Part shown: positions 9,278 to 17,384 of the stretch, in pieces | How positions within the stretch are numbered: position 1 is the stretch's first letter | How the letters are laid out: every line of letters begins with the position of its first letter | Virus record (IMG/VR): IMGVR_UViG_3300012346_000500 | Coordinates: 1-26,142 of that record | Source: a virus | Taxonomy: Duplodnaviria > Caudoviricetes | Strand: one strand, 5' to 3' | DNA length: 26,142 nt | Notes under the pieces: generated by a model | What the model was told of the DNA's origin: nothing | The model's database searches: none | What the model saw: the letters and a program-made list of their open reading frames with translations, nothing else | Made by a program: the position numbers and the translations under genes

Positions 9278-9627
9278 TGTTAGAAGCTTTCCGTGATATC
9301 AAAGATTACGATACAATCTTTTTTGTACCACATCCTGATGATGAGAACCAAGTGAAAATTGATATTGCAACATACAAAGACCGTGGTGAAAAACTAGACG
9401 GTTCTGAAATGGGTGATATGTTTGACATTATTTTATTCCGTATGGATGATGAAGATGTTACTGACTTGGACCGATTCGAAGGTATCCTGGTAGAACCTAG
9501 GACATACATTTCCCGTATGATTAAAGAAGATTGGTACGGTATGGTTACAAGAAAAACCACCACATCAAAATCAATGGCAGACGATGTATTTGCCAATTGG
9601 TCGGATATGGCGTATAATCCAGATTAA
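9277..9627 (+). CDS. hypothetical acidic protein
   Basis: ATG overlaps the upstream TAA; ORF tiles the operon. Confidence 0.7.
   Translation: MLEAFRDIKDYDTIFFVPHPDDENQVKIDIATYKDRGEKLDGSEMGDMFDIILFRMDDEDVTDLDRFEGILVEPRTYISRMIKEDWYGMVTRKTTTSKSMADDVFANWSDMAYNPD
9590..9618 (+). promoter_or_regulatory. sigma70-type promoter upstream of rnh
   Basis: TTGCCA-N17-TATAAT, same -35 as the other early promoters in the window. Confidence 0.6.
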
Positions 9628-9647
9628 ACACTCTTAAAAGATACATT

Positions 9648-10511
9648 ATGATTCTTGTTGATTTAAACCAAGTACTGTTGGCTGGCCTCATGGCTCAGAT
9701 TGCCAACCAAAAACCTAAACTGCAATTAGAAGAACATCTAATTCGTCATATGGTTTTAAATATCATCCGAACTCACCTAAGAAACTTCCGCAAGGAGTAT
9801 GGTGAGGTTGTGTTGTGTGCTGACAACCGTAAATACTGGCGCAAGGAATTCTTTCCATACTACAAAGCGCACCGTAAAAAAGCACGTGAGAAGTCCGATT
9901 TGGATTGGCATCTTATCTTTGATATGTTAGCCAAGTTCAAACAAGAACTCAAAGATAATTTCCCATACAAAGTTATTGATGTTGAAGGTGCTGAAGCTGA
10001 TGATATTATCGGCACACTTGTACCTCGTCACATCATGCATGAGAACATCCTAATCATTTCAAGTGATGGTGACTTCCTGCAACTACAACAATACAATGGT
10101 CGTTCACAATACACCGTGAAGCAGTATAATCCTGCTCAGAAGAAATTTCTAATCTCCGAAGATCCAATTAAGGAACTAAAGATGAAGGTTATTAATGGTG
10201 ATTCTGGTGATGGTATTCCGAATATCATGTCTGCTGGTGATACATTCGTCACAGGTGCTCGTCAAAAGCGTATGACCGAACAACGCATGACCAAATACCT
10301 GAATGAAGATATCACTGAGTATGATACTACTGCGGCCACTAACTATTCCCGCAACTCCACTCTTATTGACCTGAGAAATATCCCAGGTGATATTAGCACT
10401 AAAATCATAAATACCTATGATGAAACTAAACCAGCACCAAAAGGTAAGCTGTTAAATTATTTTATTTCCAACAAACTCAAAAATTTGATGGAAGTTATCG
10501 GAGAATTTTAA
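9648..10511 (+). CDS. rnh: T4-type RNase H (5'-3' flap exonuclease)
   Basis: MILVDLNQ, YWRKEFFPYYKAHRKK, EADDIIG, SSDGDFLQL, GDSGDGIPNI. Confidence 0.94.
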   Translation: MILVDLNQVLLAGLMAQIANQKPKLQLEEHLIRHMVLNIIRTHLRNFRKEYGEVVLCADNRKYWRKEFFPYYKAHRKKAREKSDLDWHLIFDMLAKFKQELKDNFPYKVIDVEGAEADDIIGTLVPRHIMHENILIISSDGDFLQLQQYNGRSQYTVKQYNPAQKKFLISEDPIKELKMKVINGDSGDGIPNIMSAGDTFVTGARQKRMTEQRMTKYLNEDITEYDTTAATNYSRNSTLIDLRNIPGDISTKIINTYDETKPAPKGKLLNYFISNKLKNLMEVIGEF

Positions 10512-10936
10512 TGAAGATGTTATATGAAGTTTTTGATGAATTTGAAAAAGCAAAAACTAAAAAAGAGAGAATGGATGTAATTGGTGCAAACCTATCACAA
10601 ACATTGGTTGATGTGTTGACATTGACCTTTCATCCAGACTTTCAGTGGAAAGTTAAAGACTTGCCAGAGAACTACCGTATTCCAAACGATGTTTTACCTG
10701 GAATCACCTTTGATAGTCTGCATCACCAATTGAAGAAATTGTATATGTTTCGTGCTGGTGATGCAACAGCTGAAAAATTGACAGACAAACGCCGAACGGA
10801 CCTATTGTTTCAATTGTTGAATTCTTTAGAACCACGTGAAGCAGAAATCATCATGGGTATCTTTAGAAAAGACCAAGGTGTAAAAGGTCTAGACTATAAA
10901 TTTGTTAAAGAGGCATTTCCAAAAATGTTACCATGA
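10511..10936 (+). CDS. conserved T4-like hypothetical protein (DUF6433-like)
   Basis: RRTDLLFQLLNSLEPREAEII...VKEAFP pattern; usual position after rnh in these phages. Confidence 0.6.
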   Translation: MKMLYEVFDEFEKAKTKKERMDVIGANLSQTLVDVLTLTFHPDFQWKVKDLPENYRIPNDVLPGITFDSLHHQLKKLYMFRAGDATAEKLTDKRRTDLLFQLLNSLEPREAEIIMGIFRKDQGVKGLDYKFVKEAFPKMLP

Positions 10937-11301
10937 CAAAAGACAGATTAATTGTAACTGCTGGTGATTATGATTTGTTGAATGTTGATGACCTTAGATT
11001 TTTAGAGAAATGTAAATCCAAAGGTGATTGGTTAATCGTTGGTCTACACTCAGATATGCAAGTGTATATGAGAACGAACACCATCTTCAACAAATATGAT
11101 GACCGCCAGCAACTTTTAGAAGGTCTTAGAACAGTTGATGAAGTTTTAAGGTTTGATGATTCTAAAGGTAATTACTGTAATCTGTTAAAACTAATAAAAT
11201 TGGTTTATCCACAATCGGATATAACATTCATCACAAGACATGATTTAATAGATACCCCAGAAAGAAAAATTAGGGGTATCAACTTTGAGGTTATTAATTA
11301 G
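10933..11301 (+). CDS. TagD/RfaE-like cytidylyltransferase-fold protein with degenerate HxGH motif
   Basis: VTAGDYDLLNVDDLRFLEKCKSKGDWLIVGLHSD...R..LL..LRTVDEV. Confidence 0.75.
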   Translation: MTKDRLIVTAGDYDLLNVDDLRFLEKCKSKGDWLIVGLHSDMQVYMRTNTIFNKYDDRQQLLEGLRTVDEVLRFDDSKGNYCNLLKLIKLVYPQSDITFITRHDLIDTPERKIRGINFEVIN

Positions 11302-11308
11302 GAGTAGT

Positions 11309-11503
11309 ATGTCAAAATTCGTGGCTAAGTTTCGTAAGGACCGAGACTATAACGATGATTATGAATTTTCACAAAAACGGAAGCGTAGCGCTAAGCACGA
11401 TCCGGTTAAAAAGTTAACGAAATACAATTATGATGTATTAATGCAAGAAGATGAATCGCTTTACGGCAAACCTTCACGTAAAAAAGCGAAACAAGCTTAC
11501 TAA
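11309..11503 (+). CDS. small basic hypothetical protein
   Basis: AGGAG SD and ATG at 11309. Confidence 0.7.
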   Translation: MSKFVAKFRKDRDYNDDYEFSQKRKRSAKHDPVKKLTKYNYDVLMQEDESLYGKPSRKKAKQAY

Positions 11504-11510
11504 TTACACA

Positions 11511-11564
11511 GTGTTGTAATCCTGCAACACGACTATTGCCAAATATCTCTATTTCGAGTATAAT
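11511..11564 (+). promoter_or_regulatory. sigma70-type early promoter with upstream palindrome
   Basis: GTGTTGTA-ATCC-TGCAACAC (11511-11530), then TTGCCA(11536)-N17-TATAAT(11559). Confidence 0.75.
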
Positions 11565-11588
11565 ATACTCATAGTTTGGAGATATTTG

Positions 11589-11924
11589 ATGATTATTCAC
11601 ACACACAATTCCACAAAGCGCAAAAAACGTAAGCCCAATGCTTACCAACGTCAACTTGCGACTGAATGGGACGAAATTGTTAAAAAGTACGAACCCAAAC
11701 AAGCGGTTAAGTACAAGGCCGTCACTTGGCAACCTTCCAAGCCTTACGTCCGTGAAACTCCACACATTCCTTCATTAAATACAACCGGCGGTGCCGCTAC
11801 TAAGTCAGCACCGAAGGTCTATACTGGCGACAAAGTTCTTGGAATCGCCACCTTGCACAAATCAAACGCTGTTCCTGTCTTTAAGAAAGAGGAAGCAGTA
11901 GAAATCTCAAGCATGAGGCGTTAA
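11589..11924 (+). CDS. conserved T4-like basic hypothetical protein
   Basis: KVYTGDKVLGIATLHKSNAVPVF...ISSMRR motif common in T4-like phages. Confidence 0.75.
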   Translation: MIIHTHNSTKRKKRKPNAYQRQLATEWDEIVKKYEPKQAVKYKAVTWQPSKPYVRETPHIPSLNTTGGAATKSAPKVYTGDKVLGIATLHKSNAVPVFKKEEAVEISSMRR

Positions 11925-11925
11925 A

Positions 11926-12072
11926 ATGGATAGAAAGATTAGTTTCGTTGTAAAACTACAACGTCCGGTGTGTCGTACACCAATTAAGCCAGTACAGGCT
12001 CACAAAAATGATGTAAAATACAAACGTAGAGAGAAATATGTCAAACAAAATTTGGACTACCGAACTTATTGA
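11926..12072 (+). CDS. small basic protein (48 aa; not in the ORF track)
   Basis: Hand translation: MDRKISFVVKLQRPVCRTPIKPVQAHKNDVKYKRREKYVKQNLDYRTY. Confidence 0.6.
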   Translation: MDRKISFVVKLQRPVCRTPIKPVQAHKNDVKYKRREKYVKQNLDYRTY

Positions 12073-12217
12073 GACTGACGATGGCACAGGAGATGCAATT
12101 TTGCAATTTCCTGATGACTTTATTGAAACTACCGGTTGGAAAGTCGGTACCGAATTGAAATTGACCGTTGTTGGTCATTCCTTGATTATTGAAGAAAAGA
12201 AAAATGAGTCTATTTGA
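12038..12217 (+). CDS. AbrB/MazE-like swapped-hairpin DNA-binding protein (59 aa; not in the ORF track)
   Basis: Hand translation: MSNKIWTTELIETDDGTGDAILQFPDDFIETTGWKVGTELKLTVVGHSLIIEEKKNESI; I..P......GW..G..L pattern. Confidence 0.65.
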   Translation: MSNKIWTTELIETDDGTGDAILQFPDDFIETTGWKVGTELKLTVVGHSLIIEEKKNESI

Positions 12218-14372
12218 ACAAAAATCACTGTTGGCCAAGTTGATGGCCACAGAGAACATGATTATTCGTCAAGCGAACGTGCAAACCGCAAGTTTTGACA
12301 TTAAGAATCGTGTACTTACTGTGCCGGTACTTGACAACAATCTATCCAAAGAAGTTTATGACTTGTTTATGGGTCACGAAACTGGTCATGCTCTGTGGAC
12401 TCCACTGGAAGGCATGAAAAAAGCACGTGATGGTAAAGTCAACATGTCGGTTTTGAACATTGTTGAAGATTCACGTATTGAACGTAAGATTAAAAACAAG
12501 TATCCTGGTATTAAATCTCCTTTTATCAAGGCTTATGGTGAATTGTTTGAGAAAAACTTTTTCGAGACAGAAGGCAAAGAGTTATCCGAATACAATTTTA
12601 TTGACAGAATCAACCTACACTGTAAAATTGGTGCTTCGTTAGCCTTATCCTTTGATGAAGATGAACGAAAACTCCTGGATGAAGTAGAATCCACAGAAAC
12701 TTTTGATGATGTGATTGAAGTGACTAAGAAAATTTGTGAACTGATGAAGGATCAACTCATTGAGGAGATGGCCGAACAACAAAAAATCAAAGTTAAAGTG
12801 ATTATTGACGGCGATTCTGATGAATCCGATGAAAAATCAGAAAAAACAAAGAGTGATTCTGACGGAGAAGATGAAGAAGCTGATATCACAGTCACAATTT
12901 CAGATAAAACTGATGAAAATGCTGAGGTACAGTCGGATAATCCTGAAAAATCTCAAGACGGTGAACAAGGTGAAGATGAAAGTAACAATTCCTCACCTGA
13001 AGCCGGCGAAGGTGCTGGTATTGACATGCAACAAATTGACGAAATGATTAAATCCGTCACTGATGAAGCATACAAACGTAACGAAAACAACCTTTTCAGT
13101 AAGGATAAGAATCTTTACGTATACGGAAATGTTCCGAACTTTGATATGTCCAAAATTATGGACTACAAAGACATGTTCCGACTTATGGATGAATGTTCTT
13201 ATAGTGTGAATTCAAAAGTTTTTGTGAATTATCGCCGTGAATCTGCAAAAGTTGTGTCGTATCTCGTCAAAGAATTTGAACTCCGTAAAAATGCGGAACA
13301 AATGAAGCGAGCAACGACTGCCAAAACAGGTGATTTGAATATGAATCGCTTGTATGCATACAACTTGACTGATGATATCTTTAAAAAGATGTCCGTGGTG
13401 CCTCAGGGTCAATCTCATGGACTTGTCATGTTCTTGGATTGGTCAGGTTCCATGGTCAGACACTTGAGTAACACAGTTAAACAGGTATTGAACTTGGCAA
13501 TGTTCTGTAAAAAAGTGAATATTCCTTTTGAGGTGTATTCCTTTGTTGATGGAACTGAGTGGAATTTCATGCACAGACAAATACCAAAACCAGATGACTT
13601 GAAAATGCAAGATTTTGGTTTGATTAATATTTTGTCCAATCGTATGTCCGCCTCAGAATTCACCTATGCTGCATCAGCATTAATGGTAATGTCTGGTATT
13701 AATGGACAATATGCACGTCCACCAACTTTCATGTCCCTAAGTGGTACACCTTTGAATGAAGCGGTAATTGCAGCCATGAAAATTGTACCTGAGTTTCAAA
13801 AGAAGAATCGTTTACAGATTGTGAATACTGTCTTCTTGACTGATGGTGAGGGTTCTCCAATGAATTCTATCTTAGATTCTATGGGTCACCCTAAACACGC
13901 CACTTATTCACATATGGTAATCCGTGATCCAGTGACTCGCCATGAAGAAGTGTATGAACGTAATAATAATTATTATTCTACACAAGCTCAGACTGATTGC
14001 CTGATTCGTTTGTTGAAGTATAGGACTAATTCGCATGTGATTGGTTTCTTTGTTGGTGAAACAAAAGACATTGCCAGTCGTGCCAGTTACTTCTTCCCAG
14101 AAATTGAAAAAATGGATATTACTCAAAGACAGGTTTTCCATGAGAAATTGAAAGATGACTTCCGTAAGAATAGTTCTATGGTCGTTACATCTACGGGTTT
14201 TGATGATTACTACGTTCTAAGGTCAGCTGGCCTAGATACTGATGATGATGAAAAACTAACATTTAAAGAGAACTCTACCACCCGTGGTATGGTTACTGCT
14301 TTTAGTAAGTACACTGGAAATAAAATTTCTAGTCGTGTTGTTCTAAATCGTTTTATTGAATTGATTGCATAA
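12204..14372 (+). CDS. HExxH metallopeptidase-like domain + acidic linker + vWA domain (CobT-like phage protein)
   Basis: HETGH, NIVEDSRIE, D/E-rich linker, MIDAS DWSGS...SGTPL...LTDGE. Confidence 0.85.
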   Translation: MSLFEQKSLLAKLMATENMIIRQANVQTASFDIKNRVLTVPVLDNNLSKEVYDLFMGHETGHALWTPLEGMKKARDGKVNMSVLNIVEDSRIERKIKNKYPGIKSPFIKAYGELFEKNFFETEGKELSEYNFIDRINLHCKIGASLALSFDEDERKLLDEVESTETFDDVIEVTKKICELMKDQLIEEMAEQQKIKVKVIIDGDSDESDEKSEKTKSDSDGEDEEADITVTISDKTDENAEVQSDNPEKSQDGEQGEDESNNSSPEAGEGAGIDMQQIDEMIKSVTDEAYKRNENNLFSKDKNLYVYGNVPNFDMSKIMDYKDMFRLMDECSYSVNSKVFVNYRRESAKVVSYLVKEFELRKNAEQMKRATTAKTGDLNMNRLYAYNLTDDIFKKMSVVPQGQSHGLVMFLDWSGSMVRHLSNTVKQVLNLAMFCKKVNIPFEVYSFVDGTEWNFMHRQIPKPDDLKMQDFGLINILSNRMSASEFTYAASALMVMSGINGQYARPPTFMSLSGTPLNEAVIAAMKIVPEFQKKNRLQIVNTVFLTDGEGSPMNSILDSMGHPKHATYSHMVIRDPVTRHEEVYERNNNYYSTQAQTDCLIRLLKYRTNSHVIGFFVGETKDIASRASYFFPEIEKMDITQRQVFHEKLKDDFRKNSSMVVTSTGFDDYYVLRSAGLDTDDDEKLTFKENSTTRGMVTAFSKYTGNKISSRVVLNRFIELIA

Positions 14373-14383
14373 AGGAAAAGAAA

Positions 14384-14623
14384 ATGGAAATATATTCCGA
14401 ATACATGGAAGGTGACCGCAAAGCCACCGTTACTCGTTTAAAAAGAAGTGAATGGTCCAGTGAGTTTGATATCTGGGAAGTTGCTCTGTACGTACAGGGT
14501 AAACCAATCCAAAGAACCACTGTCCGTAGTGAACCTGATGCCGAGAACTTGGCAGAAGATTTTGTTCGTGGTGGTTGCGCCTCGGCACCCACACTTTTGA
14601 ATGAGCACATTTCTAATGGATAA
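14384..14623 (+). CDS. hypothetical protein
   Basis: AAGGA SD; tiles with neighbours. Confidence 0.7.
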   Translation: MEIYSEYMEGDRKATVTRLKRSEWSSEFDIWEVALYVQGKPIQRTTVRSEPDAENLAEDFVRGGCASAPTLLNEHISNG

Positions 14624-14891
14624 TCAAATCAAGGAAGTCTTCTGCATTGCACAGGAAGAGTGTGCAGAAGTTACCCAAGCAATTTCTAAAATCTTCCGTT
14701 TCGGTTTTGAATCTCAACATCCTGTTACTCTAAAGACTAACCAGGAAAGTTTAGAGGAAGAAGTAGGAGACCTCCTTGCGATGATTGACATTATGATAGA
14801 AAAGTGTATAATCTCAGATGAGCAAGTAAACATTGCTCGCAAAGCCAAACGAGAGAAACTTAAAACCTGGTCCAGTATTGAAGGATTATAA
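14616..14891 (+). CDS. MazG-like NTP pyrophosphohydrolase
   Basis: QEECAEVTQAISKIFRFG...EEEVGDLLAM (EExxE...ExxD). Confidence 0.85.
   Translation: MDNQIKEVFCIAQEECAEVTQAISKIFRFGFESQHPVTLKTNQESLEEEVGDLLAMIDIMIEKCIISDEQVNIARKAKREKLKTWSSIEGL
14785..14812 (+). promoter_or_regulatory. internal sigma70-type promoter
   Basis: TTGACA-N16-TATAAT inside the MazG-like gene. Confidence 0.5.
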
Positions 14892-15028
14892 TGAGTGACG
14901 AAGAAGTTTTACACCACTACGAAAAGATGCGAGAAATCTTTGGTGACGAACTACCGGATCCAGAACACGAACCCGTAAGATTTGCCTATTTCGTTAAGGT
15001 ATACAAATACTATCACGTACCTCATTGA
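14891..15028 (+). CDS. small hypothetical protein (45 aa; not in the ORF track)
   Basis: Hand translation: MSDEEVLHHYEKMREIFGDELPDPEHEPVRFAYFVKVYKYYHVPH; AAGGA SD. Confidence 0.7.
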   Translation: MSDEEVLHHYEKMREIFGDELPDPEHEPVRFAYFVKVYKYYHVPH

Positions 15029-15071
15029 TTTTACCCAGCGCTTCCGGCACTTTTCCAATTAATACCACATT

Positions 15072-15392
15072 ATGCTTGATAAGTTCTTTGAGAGTGAGCC
15101 GGTTCTACAGACCATTCCAGAAAAGATTAAACAACGGAGAGCTCAGATGCTGGTACATTCCTGTATCTACTATGAGCTTGACGATAACATCGTGTCGGAC
15201 CACCAGTGGCAGGCATGGGCTGACGAACTAGAACAGTTACAAAAGAAACACCCTGAGCATCTCAATATAGGTTTCTACGACAACTATTTTGTGGACTGGG
15301 ACGGTGCCACAGGTGCTCACTTGCCACACAGAGACTCTTGGGTATATAATAAAGCATTACTATTACTCCGCAGAGAACGAGGACAATTTTGA
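15072..15392 (+). CDS. stand-alone NAD-dependent DNA ligase subdomain Ia-like protein
   Basis: HSCIYYELDDNIVSDHQWQAWADELEQLQKKHPE matches LigA YY..D.P.ISD..YD....EL..LE..HP. Confidence 0.75.
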   Translation: MLDKFFESEPVLQTIPEKIKQRRAQMLVHSCIYYELDDNIVSDHQWQAWADELEQLQKKHPEHLNIGFYDNYFVDWDGATGAHLPHRDSWVYNKALLLLRRERGQF

Positions 15393-15547
15393 AATACTAT
15401 TGTAATGACCAAGAGGTCACAGAAGAAGTCTACCTCAAAGTGGTAGAAGACCACAGCGCCTTCGTGGAAGAACAACAGAAGAAGGCCGCAGAACAACTCA
15501 AAGCCTCACTCAAACCTGAGAAGAAACCAAGGATACCCAAGAAATGA
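15389..15547 (+). CDS. small hypothetical protein (52 aa, TTG start)
   Basis: GAGGA SD; fills the gap and overlaps both neighbours. Confidence 0.55.
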   Translation: MKYYCNDQEVTEEVYLKVVEDHSAFVEEQQKKAAEQLKASLKPEKKPRIPKK

Positions 15548-15813
15548 CACTTGAGCAAGAAATCTATACTCAACTTTTAGAACTATACGCACAAGACTTG
15601 GAGACCGAGAACCTTGGCCTCTACCTTCAAGTAAAGGCGTATCAAGTCACTAGAGATTACACACCGCCACCTCAACTTCCGGTTCAACCTGGTTTTATTC
15701 CTAACTGGCCAAACCAATACCCAGTCTGGTGCATGACTGACACAACCGAGACATACGAACTTGGTTCCTTAGAGGACGCCGTAAAGTTTGCCGAAAGAAG
15801 AAACGCAAAATGA
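15544..15813 (+). CDS. hypothetical protein
   Basis: ATGA-coupled ORF. Confidence 0.6.
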   Translation: MTLEQEIYTQLLELYAQDLETENLGLYLQVKAYQVTRDYTPPPQLPVQPGFIPNWPNQYPVWCMTDTTETYELGSLEDAVKFAERRNAK

Positions 15814-16001
15814 CCGGATGGAGAAAACGTCAAATCGCCGATATGGTCAACGAGGCCATCGAAACGATGCCGAGCAACCCAGAGAAGTATTCTGACGAAT
15901 ACGATGCCTTCTATAACGAAGAAACGAACGAATGGCTCGAATCGAAATGTTCCGACCCAACGTGTCATTATTGCCTGAGTAGACCAGAGAGGCCTCTATG
16001 A
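15810..16001 (+). CDS. small Cys-cluster hypothetical protein
   Basis: YDAFY...WLESKCSDPTCHYC..RPERP. Confidence 0.7.
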   Translation: MTGWRKRQIADMVNEAIETMPSNPEKYSDEYDAFYNEETNEWLESKCSDPTCHYCLSRPERPL

Positions 16002-16213
16002 AAGACCCTGTACGTCATTGTGACCTATACAAAGACGAAGGCTGTTCACACGTGGACGGGTACCTTTGTGAGTTTGACACCTGCGATATGAGGTATCAAC
16101 ACGGTATCCGAAAAGGTGCCGATGCCATGGCCAGAGAGATTGACAGAGAAGTCCTAGAACAACTTAAAAGGCACGACTGGGAAGCCGCAGTAAAGAAAAT
16201 GAATAAACCATGA
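15998..16213 (+). CDS. small Cys/His-rich hypothetical protein
   Basis: DPVRHCDLYK.EGCSHVDGYLC...C. Confidence 0.7.
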   Translation: MKDPVRHCDLYKDEGCSHVDGYLCEFDTCDMRYQHGIRKGADAMAREIDREVLEQLKRHDWEAAVKKMNKP

Positions 16214-16455
16214 AACGATGGACAGAAAAAGAATTTTCCCAATGGGTATACTATGACGACCAAGATGGTAAGATTATTGGCGCCGTATACAAAATCGGTA
16301 ACTCCACGAGTATTTGGGGTAGTAAAGTATACCTGATGAACAACGGCGAACAAGTCCTAGGCCAATACATTGACTCAGACTATGCCCGTAAGTCCGTAGA
16401 ACTATTCTGGGAAATTGACACACGAACCGTCTTGGAGTATAGTAATGACCGATAA
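16210..16455 (+). CDS. hypothetical protein
   Basis: ATGA-coupled ORF. Confidence 0.7.
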   Translation: MKRWTEKEFSQWVYYDDQDGKIIGAVYKIGNSTSIWGSKVYLMNNGEQVLGQYIDSDYARKSVELFWEIDTRTVLEYSNDR

Positions 16456-16609
16456 ATGCCTAGAATGTGAAAAAGATGCTGACTGGATCAGATGCACCCA
16501 ATTTGCGGGTGACCATCCTTATTGTGATGAACACGCCAAGCAAGAGAAAGATTTTAACCAAGACGATTCGTATGCCTATTGGATGCCGGTAGTAAAACCA
16601 AATGAATGA
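16445..16609 (+). CDS. small Zn-finger-like protein
   Basis: CLEC...TQFAGDHPYCDEH. Confidence 0.65.
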   Translation: MTDKCLECEKDADWIRCTQFAGDHPYCDEHAKQEKDFNQDDSYAYWMPVVKPNE

Positions 16610-16919
16610 CCGTTTTTTCGTAATCTGTGGTACCCGTCAGGAGTTCCAAGAATTCATTACCCGTAAATGCACAGAGGAGTGGACTGCGGGTAACACCTCT
16701 ATCAGTATGTCCAACTTTGTCTATATTGATAATGTGTTAAAGTTAAAGGGTATACGAAACCCTCACGGATGGTTCTATGGTACTTGGTACAAACTGGAAG
16801 ACCTGCATAACATACTTGTCCATTTAATGGTTGCCACCGATGATAGTACACAACAGAAGTTTGTTGAGATACGACATATGGCCGAACAGATAAGAAAGTC
16901 CAGAAATGAGTTATTATAG
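16602..16919 (+). CDS. hypothetical protein
   Basis: Tiles with neighbours. Confidence 0.7.
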   Translation: MNDRFFVICGTRQEFQEFITRKCTEEWTAGNTSISMSNFVYIDNVLKLKGIRNPHGWFYGTWYKLEDLHNILVHLMVATDDSTQQKFVEIRHMAEQIRKSRNELL

Positions 16920-17244
16920 AATTGACGTAACCATGAAAAATGGTTTCAAGTACTCATATACTTGCGTAGCACGGATGATGCCTGGAATGAAGGAGTCATC
17001 ACGTGGGTACTGGGTAGAGAAGGTAGAGAGCACAGAGATAACCAAAGAGGAACACGAAACCACGTGGGGTGTGTATAAAGAACCGGCAAAGAAACCTGAA
17101 AAAGTGATTCCTATGACGGACCCTCCTAAGAAAAAATCTGTGGAGAAGAAAACTGCGAAAATCCCTAAGATGGCCTCCTTGGAAAATTTTTTTGATGGGG
17201 TAGAGGAAGCCCCGAAAAATAAAATATTGAAAAAAAGAGTTTGA
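16906..17244 (+). CDS. hypothetical protein with Lys-rich C-terminus
   Basis: Last plus-strand ORF before the convergent junction. Confidence 0.65.
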   Translation: MSYYRIDVTMKNGFKYSYTCVARMMPGMKESSRGYWVEKVESTEITKEEHETTWGVYKEPAKKPEKVIPMTDPPKKKSVEKKTAKIPKMASLENFFDGVEEAPKNKILKKRV

Positions 17245-17307
17245 CCTGGTACAGCTTTTTTAGCTAACGCTTCGGATCATAGTCAAAAAGTACTACAAAC
17301 CACAGTC

Positions 17308-17344
17308 AAAAAAAGAGAGTGTAACACCAAAGCATTACACTCCC
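17308..17344 (-). terminator. Rho-independent terminator of the reverse-strand block
   Basis: Minus-strand RNA GGGAGUGUAAUGC-UUUG-GUGUUACACUCUC followed by U7 (13-bp stem with three G-U pairs). Confidence 0.85.
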
Positions 17345-17384
17345 AAAGGGTCAATACAACCCGACAGCAACCAAAAGTCTTACA

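Noticed and set aside
11205-11213. Perfect DnaA box TTATCCACA
   Set aside because: Single copy inside a coding sequence (VYPQ) with no neighbouring boxes; compatible with chance.
15321-15350. Additional TTGCCA-N18-TATAAT promoter inside the ligase-Ia gene
   Set aside because: Spacer is longer than in all other promoters and it lacks an upstream element; plausible, but too weak to list as a feature.
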